From NCBI GenBank assembly GCA_965658995.1, contig CBFHVI010000010.1, positions 4,581 to 68,580 of the forward strand: a stretch of DNA of 64,000 nucleotides, in the 5' to 3' direction. The notes under the pieces were generated by a model. That model did not search any database. It worked only from the letters and a program-made list of their open reading frames with translations, and had not been told where the DNA came from. Below, piece after piece: positions 12,389 through 21,389 of the stretch. The stretch is from Flavobacteriales bacterium (lineage in GTDB: Bacteria; Bacteroidota; Bacteroidia; Flavobacteriales_D; CAJJDF01). A program made the translations under genes and the position numbers. Positions within the stretch are counted from its first letter, which is position 1, and each line of letters begins with the position of its first letter.

Positions 12389-13023
12389 ATGAATAATTAC
12401 CTCAAACTAGTTTCTACATTTTGTGTCTTTCTTTTGTTTCTTGTTGGATGCGAGAACCTACATTCGCAATCAAGGTTTGATCACAATCACTCTGTAAGTA
12501 TCGGAACAGGGCTTTTTTCTTTGGCGGGTGCTACTTATTACTCTAATTTAAATCAAACCGAGAATTTTGAGGTTCTTATTGATGGTGTATTTCATCTTAA
12601 ATAAGAATATCAGTTGAGCGAGAAATTCTCGATGGGAATAACTTACGGTTATATGGAAGTTCAGGGAAGTTGGACGGGAACAGAAGCGAACTATATTTAT
12701 CAATTGGGTTCTGTGGCAGATCCAAATTCTGGTAGTTTTTCGGTTTACTCCACTTCCATAGTAGGTCGATTTAATTGGAGTTTGATGAAAAAGGAGAAAG
12801 TAGAGGTTTATGTAGGAGCTGGTGCAGGATGCAGGATTGAAAATATTTCAGAGAACATTGTTGACGAAGAATTGTATGGAGTAAACAAAAGTGAATTAGG
12901 ACCACCTATTTCTGTAGAGGTAGTTTTGGTTGTAGATATTACGTAATCCCTTCACTTGGATTTTATACCGAAGTGGGAATTGCTAAATCTTTTTTTCAAG
13001 TGGGTTTAGTTTTTGGGTTTTAA
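12389..13023 (+). pseudogene. small beta-barrel outer-membrane protein (OMP_b-brl/porin-like), disrupted by an in-frame TAA and a frameshift
   Basis: ATG 12389 gives signal/lipobox-like MNNYLKLVSTFCVFLLFLVGC. An in-frame TAA at 12602-12604 separates ...VFHLK from EYQLSEKFSMGITYGY in the same frame. Reading then stops at 12946. Shifting frame at the GG run 12928-12929 restores ...RYYVIPSLGFYTEVGIAKSFFQVGLVFGF*, a typical barrel C-terminus ending in Phe (stop 13021-13023). Confidence 0.7.
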
Positions 13024-13063
13024 CATCCCGATTTTCTTTCCAAAAAATACTATCTTTAGAGCT

Positions 13064-13576
13064 ATGAAAAAAAATAACCTTTTCATTCTGCTCTCAGTGT
13101 GTGTGTTGACTCTGTTTTATAGTTTTGAGGCATTGCACGAGTACTATATTTCAATTACCAATATAGAGTACAACTCATTATCCAAAACCATCGAGATTTC
13201 TCAACAATACATCGCGCATGATGTGGAGAAGGCTATTTTTACTAAACACAATGTAAATCTTCATTTGGCGGAGCCTAATGAACATCCTAAGGCCGATAGT
13301 ATTCTCGAAGTTTATTTTCGCGATAATTTTGAATTGTCTGTAGATTCGGCAATTCATTTGAATTGGGTGGGTAGAGAGGTGAAGTTGGATGAGTCACTAC
13401 TCATTTATCTTCAATCTTATGAGATGAAGAGCCCCGAGAAAATAACAGTTAAAAACACAAGCCTTACAGAGGTTTTTCCAGCTCAATCGAATATTACACA
13501 CGTAAAAATTGGGAGCCAACAGCATACCAAATCAATCAATAAAATAACTAACACGCATACTTTTATTTCAGAATAA
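13064..13576 (+). CDS. secreted hypothetical protein upstream of the M1 peptidase; I recall similar partners being annotated DUF6702 (unverified)
   Basis: ATG 13064 gives MKKNNLFILLSVCVLTLFYSF (signal-like). The track's TTG 13013 extension overlaps the pseudogene end. Stop lies 2 nt before the peptidase start. Confidence 0.6.
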   Translation: MKKNNLFILLSVCVLTLFYSFEALHEYYISITNIEYNSLSKTIEISQQYIAHDVEKAIFTKHNVNLHLAEPNEHPKADSILEVYFRDNFELSVDSAIHLNWVGREVKLDESLLIYLQSYEMKSPEKITVKNTSLTEVFPAQSNITHVKIGSQQHTKSINKITNTHTFISE

Positions 13577-13578
13577 AC

Positions 13579-15903
13579 ATGAAGAATATAATCTTATTGG
13601 CTCTAGCGGGTCTTATTTCGGTTTCTGTTGTTGCACAGGAATACAACAAAAACAAGTTTAGGCAATTGAAACAAGAATTGCCTACACCTAATGTATATAG
13701 AACTGCCTCAGGTGCTCCAGGACATGAGTATTATCAGCAAAAGGCTGATTATTTTCTGGACATTACCTTGAATGATGAAAATCAAAAATTGTTTGGTGAA
13801 GGTACTGTAACCTACTACAATAATTCACCAGATAAGTTGGAGTATTTGTGGGTCCAGCTGGATCAAAATGTGAGGGCATTGGATTCGGATTCAAAGAAAA
13901 TTGCAACAAGTTCTATTTCAGGAGGTACCGGAATGTGGGCTATGAATTCTTTGTTGAGTGATTTTGATGGAGGTTTTAAAATTGAGTACTTAACAAAAAT
14001 GGACGGAAAAGATCAATCTTTCACCATTAACAAAACCATGCTTCGTATCAATTTAGAAACTCCATTGGCTCCAGGAAAATCATTTAGTTTCAAAATGAAA
14101 TGGCATTATAACATTAACGACAGAGATAAAGTTGGAGGAAGATCAGGAATGGAGTATTTTCCTGAGGAAGATAACTATTTATACACCATCGCACAGTTTT
14201 ACCCAAGAATGTGTGTGTACAATGATGTAGAAGGCTGGCAAAACAAACAATTCCTTGGAAGAGGGGAATTTGCCTTAGTATTTGGAGATTACAAAGTAAA
14301 TATTACCATTCCAAGTGATCACGTGGTGGGCGCTACAGGAGAGTTGACAAATATTAAGGAAGTACTAACGGGAGCTCAATACAATAGATTTAAACAAGCA
14401 AAAAAGTCGTATGATTCTCCAGTAATTGTCGTTACACAAAAGGAAGCGGAAGAAGCCGAAAAAAATAAAGCCACAGGAACAAAAACGTGGAAATTTCATG
14501 CAAAAAATGTAAGAGACTTTGCTTTTGCGAGCTCCAGAAAATTTATTTGGGATGTAATGGCAGTAAAACAAGAAGGAGCTCCCGATGTTTTGGCGATGAG
14601 TTATTATCCTAAAGAAGGAAACCCCTTGTGGGAACAATATTCAACCAAAGCGGTTGCTCAAACTTTAAGAACGTACTCTAAATTCACTATTCCTTACCCT
14701 TATTCTAAAGCAATTTCAGTTCATTCCAAAAGTATTGGAATGGAATATCCAATGATTTGTTTCAATTTTGGACGTCCGGAGAAAGACGGAACCTACTCAG
14801 ATAGAACTAAATACGGAATGATTGGTGTTATTATTCATGAAGTAGGTCACAACTATTTTCCAATGATTATTAATTCTGATGAGCGCCAGTGGACATGGAT
14901 GGATGAGGGACTTAATACATTTCTCCAGTATTTAACCGAGCAAGAGTTTGAACGTGGATTTCCTTCAAGACGAGGTCCTGCATACAAAATTACAGAGTAC
15001 ATGAAGGGAGAGAAATCGAGAATTTCTCCAATTATGACAAACTCGGAATCTATCTTTCAGTTTGGAAATAATGCCTATGGAAAGCCAGCCACAGCCCTTA
15101 ATATATTGAGAGAAACTGTAATGGGACGAGAATTGTTTGACTATGCGTTTAAGACTTACGCGGAAAGATGGGCTTTCAAACACCCAACGCCTGCAGACTT
15201 TTTTAGAACTATGGAAGATGCCTCAGGGGTAGATTTAGATTGGTTTTGGAGAGGTTGGTTTTATACCACGGATCACGTAGATATATCAATGGACGAGGTA
15301 AAGTGGTTAAAAATTGATACGAAGAATCCAGAAATTGAAAAAGCCATAGTAAAAAAGAATAAAGAAGCAGAGGAAAATAGATTTATTGGAAACATAAGAA
15401 ATAAAACTGCTATTGAAACTACTTACAACGAAAGAGATAAAAGCCTGAATGATTTTTACACCTCTTACGATGAGTTTGTAGTAACTGACTTTGATAAAGA
15501 AAACTATCAGAAATACTTGTCGAACTTAACTGAGAAGGAAAAGGAATTGATAGAAGGTGAAACTAATTTTTATGAAATTACGTTCACAAATGTAGGAGGA
15601 CTCGTAATGCCTATCATTTTAGAGTTTCAATATAAAGATGGAACGAAAGAAAAAATTCATATTCCTGCCGAAATTTGGAAAATGACGTCTGAAGGTGGTG
15701 AAAATCAATCCGTCACTAAGGTGTTTATTAAAAAGAAGGAAGTTGCAAATATAGTGTTAGATCCTAATCTCGAAACAGCGGATTGCGATGTAAGCAACAA
15801 CTACTGGCCACACAGAACCATACCTTCAAAGTTTAAGTTGTTTACGGAAGGTAAAAAGAAGAAACCTACTAGAAAGAATCCTATGCAGGAGGCAGGTAAA
15901 TAG
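13579..15903 (+). CDS. M1-family zinc metallopeptidase, secreted
   Basis: 774 aa; signal peptide; HEVGHNYF (HExxH) followed by WMDEGLNTF (distal Glu), the gluzincin arrangement. Confidence 0.85.
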   Translation: MKNIILLALAGLISVSVVAQEYNKNKFRQLKQELPTPNVYRTASGAPGHEYYQQKADYFLDITLNDENQKLFGEGTVTYYNNSPDKLEYLWVQLDQNVRALDSDSKKIATSSISGGTGMWAMNSLLSDFDGGFKIEYLTKMDGKDQSFTINKTMLRINLETPLAPGKSFSFKMKWHYNINDRDKVGGRSGMEYFPEEDNYLYTIAQFYPRMCVYNDVEGWQNKQFLGRGEFALVFGDYKVNITIPSDHVVGATGELTNIKEVLTGAQYNRFKQAKKSYDSPVIVVTQKEAEEAEKNKATGTKTWKFHAKNVRDFAFASSRKFIWDVMAVKQEGAPDVLAMSYYPKEGNPLWEQYSTKAVAQTLRTYSKFTIPYPYSKAISVHSKSIGMEYPMICFNFGRPEKDGTYSDRTKYGMIGVIIHEVGHNYFPMIINSDERQWTWMDEGLNTFLQYLTEQEFERGFPSRRGPAYKITEYMKGEKSRISPIMTNSESIFQFGNNAYGKPATALNILRETVMGRELFDYAFKTYAERWAFKHPTPADFFRTMEDASGVDLDWFWRGWFYTTDHVDISMDEVKWLKIDTKNPEIEKAIVKKNKEAEENRFIGNIRNKTAIETTYNERDKSLNDFYTSYDEFVVTDFDKENYQKYLSNLTEKEKELIEGETNFYEITFTNVGGLVMPIILEFQYKDGTKEKIHIPAEIWKMTSEGGENQSVTKVFIKKKEVANIVLDPNLETADCDVSNNYWPHRTIPSKFKLFTEGKKKKPTRKNPMQEAGK

Positions 15904-15926
15904 AAGAATCAAAGACTAGTTTCATG

Positions 15927-15956
15927 AGCCGATTAAAGTATTAATCGGCTTTTTTA
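15927..15956 (+). terminator. rho-independent terminator after the M1 peptidase
   Basis: AGCCGATTAA, loop AGTA, TTAATCGGCT, then TTTTT. Confidence 0.8.
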
Positions 15957-16005
15957 TTTTCAAAATCTTACTTTAAATTTATACTTTCAATCAAAATCTA
16001 AAAAT

Positions 16006-17067
16006 ATGACTTTACTTATCGCATTTTTCCTTTTATCCATTTTGTTTTCTTTTCTGTGTTCTATATGGGAAGCTGTGTTGTTAAGCATTACTCCGAGTTT
16101 TGTGGCTGCTACAGAAGAAAGAGGAGGAGCAATGGCAGAAAATCTAGTACAGTTTAAACTCAATATCGACAGACCACTTTCAGCGATATTAACGTTAAAT
16201 ACGATTGCACATACGGTAGGGGCGATAGGTGTGGGAGCACAAGCAGGTGAAGTGTTTGGTCAGAATTATTTTTCTGTTTTTGGGTTTCAATTAAGTTATG
16301 AATCAGTAATTGCTACAGTGATGACTTTAGCAATATTAATTCTATCAGAAATTATTCCTAAAACAATTGGAGCGAATAATTGGAGAAAATTGGCTCCATT
16401 TACGATTACTTCACTAAGTATTTTGCTAAAGATTTTAATGCCCTTTGTTTGGTTAAGTCAGCTGATTACAAAAAAACTTAAAAAGAACAAAGGTGAGAGT
16501 GTTTTGTCTCGTTCGGATTTTAGTTTGATGGCTAGAAAAACTGCAGAAGGCGGAAGCATCGAGGAAAACGAACATTTAATCATTGAAAACCTGCTTAAAC
16601 TTAACCAGTTTAAAGTAGAAGACGTAATGACTCCTAGGTCCGTTATGTTTTTGGTTTCAGAGGTATTAACGGTTCAAGAATTTTATAATAAACACAAAGA
16701 AAATACTTTTTCGAGAATTCCAGTTTTCAGCAAGGACAAAGATTTTGTAACAGGTTTTGTTTTGAAAGATGAGATTTTAGCGCAATTAGCAAATAACCAA
16801 ACAGAAGTAAAACTAGCTGATCTTAAAAGAGAAATAATTTCCGTTGATAATGGTATTCACTTAAGAGCTTGTATGAAAAAACTCTTAGCAAATAATGCTC
16901 ATTTGGCATTAGTTAATGACAAACATGGAAGTTTAGTAGGAGTTGTTTCACTGGAGGATTTAATAGAAACTCTACTCGGAATTGAAATCGTTGATGAAAC
17001 TGATATCGTTGCAGATTTGCAAGCTCTAGCCCAAAGAAAATGGGAGGCTAGGAGTAAGGGTAAGTAA
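16006..17067 (+). CDS. CNNM/CorC-type (DUF21 + CBS pair) membrane protein, putative divalent-cation efflux/hemolysin family
   Basis: 353 aa; N-terminal TM block with LLSITPSF and SEIIPKTIGANNW; then VEDVMTPRSVMF...SRIPVF and ALVNDKHGSLVGVVSLEDLIETLLGIEIVDETD. Confidence 0.85.
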   Translation: MTLLIAFFLLSILFSFLCSIWEAVLLSITPSFVAATEERGGAMAENLVQFKLNIDRPLSAILTLNTIAHTVGAIGVGAQAGEVFGQNYFSVFGFQLSYESVIATVMTLAILILSEIIPKTIGANNWRKLAPFTITSLSILLKILMPFVWLSQLITKKLKKNKGESVLSRSDFSLMARKTAEGGSIEENEHLIIENLLKLNQFKVEDVMTPRSVMFLVSEVLTVQEFYNKHKENTFSRIPVFSKDKDFVTGFVLKDEILAQLANNQTEVKLADLKREIISVDNGIHLRACMKKLLANNAHLALVNDKHGSLVGVVSLEDLIETLLGIEIVDETDIVADLQALAQRKWEARSKGK

Positions 17068-17202
17068 GATCTAAAGATTTTTGAATAATAGTTAAATCCA
17101 TATAGTGTTTAGTATTTAGATGAAAGTCTTGCTATAATCTAAAAAAGACTGGATTATTTTAGTTTTGGCAGGAACTTCAAAAAGAATAAGTTTTATTCCT
17201 TT

Positions 17203-17652
17203 TTAATTTATTCTTAATCTAATCAATTCGTCAAATTCAAAAATCTTCATTTTATTTAGTATTGTGAATGTTTTTTCATCATTGTAACTGATGAGATAGT
17301 TATGTAACTCTTTATTAAATTTTAAGAGCTTGATTAATCTATTCCAAAAACGGTTTTTTCTTATCCTTAAATAATGTGCCTGCGAATTAATCGGAGTTTC
17401 AAAAATGACGGTTAATTTTTCAGAAACTTGATTCATAGTTGGAAAAATTGAACCAACATTACTATTCTGTCTAATTCCAGAAATTTTTAGTTTTCGATTT
17501 CTTATTTTAAAGGTTAGAATTGTAGCATTGTAGAATCCACTAACATTGATATTATTTTGAGAGGCAAACATGTTCCAAGCCATTGCTTTTTCTTCCATAA
17601 GATCATACCATGGTGAATTATCAATTTTTGGCTGATTTTGAATGATTGGCAT
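17203..17652 (-). CDS. hypothetical protein (orphan, no recognisable motif)
   Basis: ORF 17203-17676. The first ATG (17676) lies inside the upstream terminator hairpin, so I prefer the ATG at 17652 (MPIIQNQPKIDNS...). The region looks very AT-rich. Confidence 0.4.
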   Translation of the reverse strand: MPIIQNQPKIDNSPWYDLMEEKAMAWNMFASQNNINVSGFYNATILTFKIRNRKLKISGIRQNSNVGSIFPTMNQVSEKLTVIFETPINSQAHYLRIRKNRFWNRLIKLLKFNKELHNYLISYNDEKTFTILNKMKIFEFDELIRLRIN

Positions 17653-17664
17653 AGGGTAAAATAT

Positions 17665-17692
17665 AAAAAACCTCATTAGATATCTAATGAGG
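17665..17692 (-). terminator. rho-independent terminator after the POT transporter gene (minus strand)
   Basis: Perfect palindrome CCTCATTAGATATCTAATGAGG (17671-17692), followed on the minus strand by TTTTTT (17665-17670). Confidence 0.7.
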
Positions 17693-17715
17693 TTTATAAT
17701 TGTTGAGTTTAGAAT

Positions 17716-19356
17716 TTATTTAATTCCGTGCATCATCTTTTTAATTAATGGAGATAATATAATAGCAATGGCCGCAAATATGAAAGAAATAATTGCAATT
17801 TGACCAAATATAGTAGTATAGTTAAATAAGGCTAGTGCACTATCGCTAGCTCCTTCAGCTGGTGTTCCAGAAAGGGATTCGGCAGCACTTGTTAACCAGT
17901 TTTTTGTTGGCTCTGCAACTGTTTCTGAACCTTCGACAGAATGACTGTCACCTCCAATGGTTAACTTAGAAATAATTCCAGATATGTGGTGAGCAAAAGC
18001 AGAAGATAAAAACCATACACCCATCATAAATGAAACAAGTTTAGCTGGAGATAATTCAGTTACTTTTGATAATCCAACTGGCGAAACAAATAGTTCCCCT
18101 GTTGTAATGAACAGATAACCTCCCATTAAGAAAATCATGCCTACCATTCCATTTGCATCCATGTATCTACTACTTATTGCGAAGATTAAAAATCCTAAAC
18201 CAAGTTGAGCAATACCCAATCCAAATTTCATAGGCGTGTTTGGATTTAACCTTTTTTTATCTAGCCACACCCACATCATTGAAAACGGAATTGCGAAAAG
18301 CATAATATATCCTGGGTTAATTGCATTTGTTTGAGAAGCATTAAGACCAACGAGGTTAACATGATCTTGAGCAAAAACTGTAAGCGAACTTCCAGCTTGT
18401 TCAAAAAATGACCAGAAAATAGTGATAAAGAAGGTAAGTATTGCAATTACTATAAGTCTTTCTCTGGTTACTTTATCAGAAATTATACAGACGTAGACTA
18501 GATAAATAATCACCAAGATCAATAATGAAAAAAGTAAAAATGACATAAGTCCGTTTTCTAAAATTGAACCAGGAAAAATAATGTAACTATTTTGTTTTAC
18601 CAAAAATGCGAAAAGCGGAGCAGAAGCAAAGGCCAAAATGTAAATAACGTGCTTGATATTTAACAAACCAAAATATTTTTTATCCTGAAATTCAGCAGGT
18701 TGATTTCCTTGGTTTCCATAAATATTATTCTTACTTCCATTCCAAAACACCAATAGCCCTGCTAACATACCTACCCCTGCGGCTCCAAAACCATAATGCC
18801 ATCCGTATGTTTCTCCTAGCCATCCACAAATCAATGGAGCTAGGAAAGCACCAATGTTAATTCCCATGTAAAAGATTGTGAAACCACCATCTCTTTTCGG
18901 ATCACCTTGTTTATATAAACCTCCCACAAGAGATGATATATTTGGTTTGAAAAAACCATTTCCAATAATCAATAATCCTAGAGATAAAAAGAAAACTGTT
19001 TGGTTTTCAAATGCCATCGTAAAATGTCCTAAAGTCATAAGAATTGCGCCCAACATAATTGAATTTTTATGACCAATTAGTCTATCCGCTATCATACCTC
19101 CTATTGCAGGGGTGAAATAGACTAAAGAACCATAAGCTGCATAAATTCCGTATGCAACTTCTTTTCCATCAGCAATGTCAGAAAATAACTCGTTTATCAA
19201 ATAAAGAGTAAGAAGGGCTCTCATTCCATAGAAACTAAATCGTTCCCATAGTTCTGCGAAAAATAAATAAAAAAGTCCTTTCGGGTGACCTAACATAGTT
19301 TCCTGACCTTGCCATTCATCCGCTTGGTCAATAATTTCTTCCATTCTATCTGCCAT
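17716..19356 (-). CDS. proton-dependent oligopeptide transporter (POT/PTR2 family, DtpT-like)
   Basis: 546 aa; GHPKGLFYLFFAELWERFSFYGMRALLTLYL and GGMIADRLIGHKNSIMLGAILMTLGH, followed by FYMGINIGAF. Confidence 0.9.
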   Translation of the reverse strand: MADRMEEIIDQADEWQGQETMLGHPKGLFYLFFAELWERFSFYGMRALLTLYLINELFSDIADGKEVAYGIYAAYGSLVYFTPAIGGMIADRLIGHKNSIMLGAILMTLGHFTMAFENQTVFFLSLGLLIIGNGFFKPNISSLVGGLYKQGDPKRDGGFTIFYMGINIGAFLAPLICGWLGETYGWHYGFGAAGVGMLAGLLVFWNGSKNNIYGNQGNQPAEFQDKKYFGLLNIKHVIYILAFASAPLFAFLVKQNSYIIFPGSILENGLMSFLLFSLLILVIIYLVYVCIISDKVTRERLIVIAILTFFITIFWSFFEQAGSSLTVFAQDHVNLVGLNASQTNAINPGYIMLFAIPFSMMWVWLDKKRLNPNTPMKFGLGIAQLGLGFLIFAISSRYMDANGMVGMIFLMGGYLFITTGELFVSPVGLSKVTELSPAKLVSFMMGVWFLSSAFAHHISGIISKLTIGGDSHSVEGSETVAEPTKNWLTSAAESLSGTPAEGASDSALALFNYTTIFGQIAIISFIFAAIAIILSPLIKKMMHGIK

Positions 19357-19478
19357 AGTTTTTAGATATTTTTTTGTTAAGTCCCTAAATTAAGACAATT
19401 TTTTAATTTCGGAAGATGAATACTGAAATAAATAAAGTTTCTATTCCATAAACATAAATAATCTTGTATTTTTAAAAT

Positions 19479-21323
19479 ATGAAAAAATTCAAATACTTAC
19501 TCGCTTGTTGCTCACTGTTAGTTGGGTGTACAAACCAATATGAATCCAATACTATGGAAAAACAAAACTCAGAGGTATCTACTATGCTAGATGTTCATTC
19601 ATATGCTGATTTCAGTAAAGCGTATACCACCCATTTATTTTTAGATTTGACAGCTGATTTTGACAAAAAAATATTGTCGGGGATTGCAGCTCACACCATT
19701 CAAAATAATAAGGCTAATGAAATTATCTTTGATACCAAAGAATTGACAATTCTCAAAGTAGTTACAAACGACAAGGGAGAAGAAGTAGAGTTTTCCTTGG
19801 GAGAGGAAGATGAATTTAAAGGAACACCGCTAAAAGTGGCAATTACTCCCAACACTACCAGAGTAGAAATTCATTACTCCACAAGCCCACATTCTGAGGC
19901 AGTTCAATGGCTTTCTCCTCAACAAACAGCAGATAAAACAGATCCATTTCTTTTTACTCAAGGAGAAGCAATATTAACCCGTTCTTGGATTCCAACTCAG
20001 GATTCTCCGGGTAATAAAATTACTTATTCTGCAAGAATAAAAGTGCCCGATTCGTTGACTGCCGTAATGAGTGCAAACACCACTGTATCCAAAAATGGAT
20101 TGTTTGAATTTGAAATGAAACAACCCATACCTAGTTACTTAATAGCCTTGGCGATAGGAAAGTTGGAGTACAAATCTTTAGGAAAGAGATCGGGTGTGTA
20201 CGCAGAACCAAGCATGATGCAGGCTTGTTACAACGAGTTTGAAGAATTGGAAGCTATGATTGATGCAGCGGAGAACTTGTACGGACCCTACGCATGGGAA
20301 CAGTATGACGTGATTGTTCTTCCTCCAAGTTTTCCATTTGGTGGAATGGAAAACCCTCGATTAACTTTTGCAACCCCCACCATTATTGCGGGAGATAAAT
20401 CTCTTACTTCACTCATTGCTCACGAATTGGCTCACTCTTGGTCGGGAAATTTGGCCACCAATGCTACTTGGGATGATTTTTGGCTCAATGAAGGGTTTAC
20501 CGTATATTTTGAACGAAGAATTGCCGAAGCGCTCTATGGTAGAGACTATTCAGAAATGCTGGCTTTGTTAGGATTTCAGGATTTGACTCATACTTTGGCT
20601 GATTTGCCCGCAGAAGATACGCGATTAAAACTAGATTTGGAAGGAAGAAGTCCCGATGATGGAATGTCTGACATTGCCTACGAAAAAGGCTATTTTATGT
20701 TGAGAATGATAGAAGAGACTGTGGGTAGAGACAAATTTGATTCTTTTCTTAAGACTTATTTTGAACAATTTAAGTTTAAAAACCTCACTACCGAAGTATT
20801 TTTAGACTACATACATGCAGAGCTGCCCGCTACGCAAAACATGAATCTCAAAGATTGGATTTACAAACCCGGTTTGCCAGAAAATTGTCCTGTTGTGGTT
20901 TCCAATAAATTCGAAAAAGTGGATGAAGTGAGGATTTCGTATACATATGTCATAAACCCTGCTGTGACAAATGATTGGACTACGCACGAGTGGCTTCACT
21001 TTTTAAGAGGGATTGATACTTCTTGGACTTTAGAGAATTATGCCAAAGCGGATGAATTGTTTTCATTCACCACTTCCACCAACTCAGAAATTGCCGCAGT
21101 GTGGTTCGAGAAATCTATTAGAGCTTCCTATCAGCAGGCCTATGAGGCTCTTGAAGCTTTTTTAATCAAAGTGGGAAGAAGAAAATTCTTGACACCGCTT
21201 TACAGAGCCATGATCGAATCAGGAAAGAAAAATATGGCAAAAAAGATTTATCAAAAAGCGAGGCCGAACTATCATTTTGTGTCCACCAACACAATGGATG
21301 CCTTAATGGGATATAGCCAATAA
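19479..21323 (+). CDS. M1-family aminopeptidase, leukotriene-A4-hydrolase-like lipoprotein
   Basis: 614 aa; lipobox LLACCSLLVGC; GGMENPRLTF, HELAHSWSGNL (HExxH) and WLNEGFTVYFE. Confidence 0.88.
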   Translation: MKKFKYLLACCSLLVGCTNQYESNTMEKQNSEVSTMLDVHSYADFSKAYTTHLFLDLTADFDKKILSGIAAHTIQNNKANEIIFDTKELTILKVVTNDKGEEVEFSLGEEDEFKGTPLKVAITPNTTRVEIHYSTSPHSEAVQWLSPQQTADKTDPFLFTQGEAILTRSWIPTQDSPGNKITYSARIKVPDSLTAVMSANTTVSKNGLFEFEMKQPIPSYLIALAIGKLEYKSLGKRSGVYAEPSMMQACYNEFEELEAMIDAAENLYGPYAWEQYDVIVLPPSFPFGGMENPRLTFATPTIIAGDKSLTSLIAHELAHSWSGNLATNATWDDFWLNEGFTVYFERRIAEALYGRDYSEMLALLGFQDLTHTLADLPAEDTRLKLDLEGRSPDDGMSDIAYEKGYFMLRMIEETVGRDKFDSFLKTYFEQFKFKNLTTEVFLDYIHAELPATQNMNLKDWIYKPGLPENCPVVVSNKFEKVDEVRISYTYVINPAVTNDWTTHEWLHFLRGIDTSWTLENYAKADELFSFTTSTNSEIAAVWFEKSIRASYQQAYEALEAFLIKVGRRKFLTPLYRAMIESGKKNMAKKIYQKARPNYHFVSTNTMDALMGYSQ

Positions 21324-21389
21324 ATAGTGAGAGTTGAATCTACCTAGAATCAATATTGGAATAATCCATCTATCAAATCCATTTATTAC

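Noticed and set aside
13013-13063. 5' extensions proposed by the ORF track using non-ATG starts (13013 for the DUF6702-like gene, 56000 for menG, 54863 for menC, 328 for rplX)
   Set aside because: In each case a downstream ATG yields the conserved or signal-peptide-like N-terminus, and the extension overlaps the preceding gene or a regulatory region.
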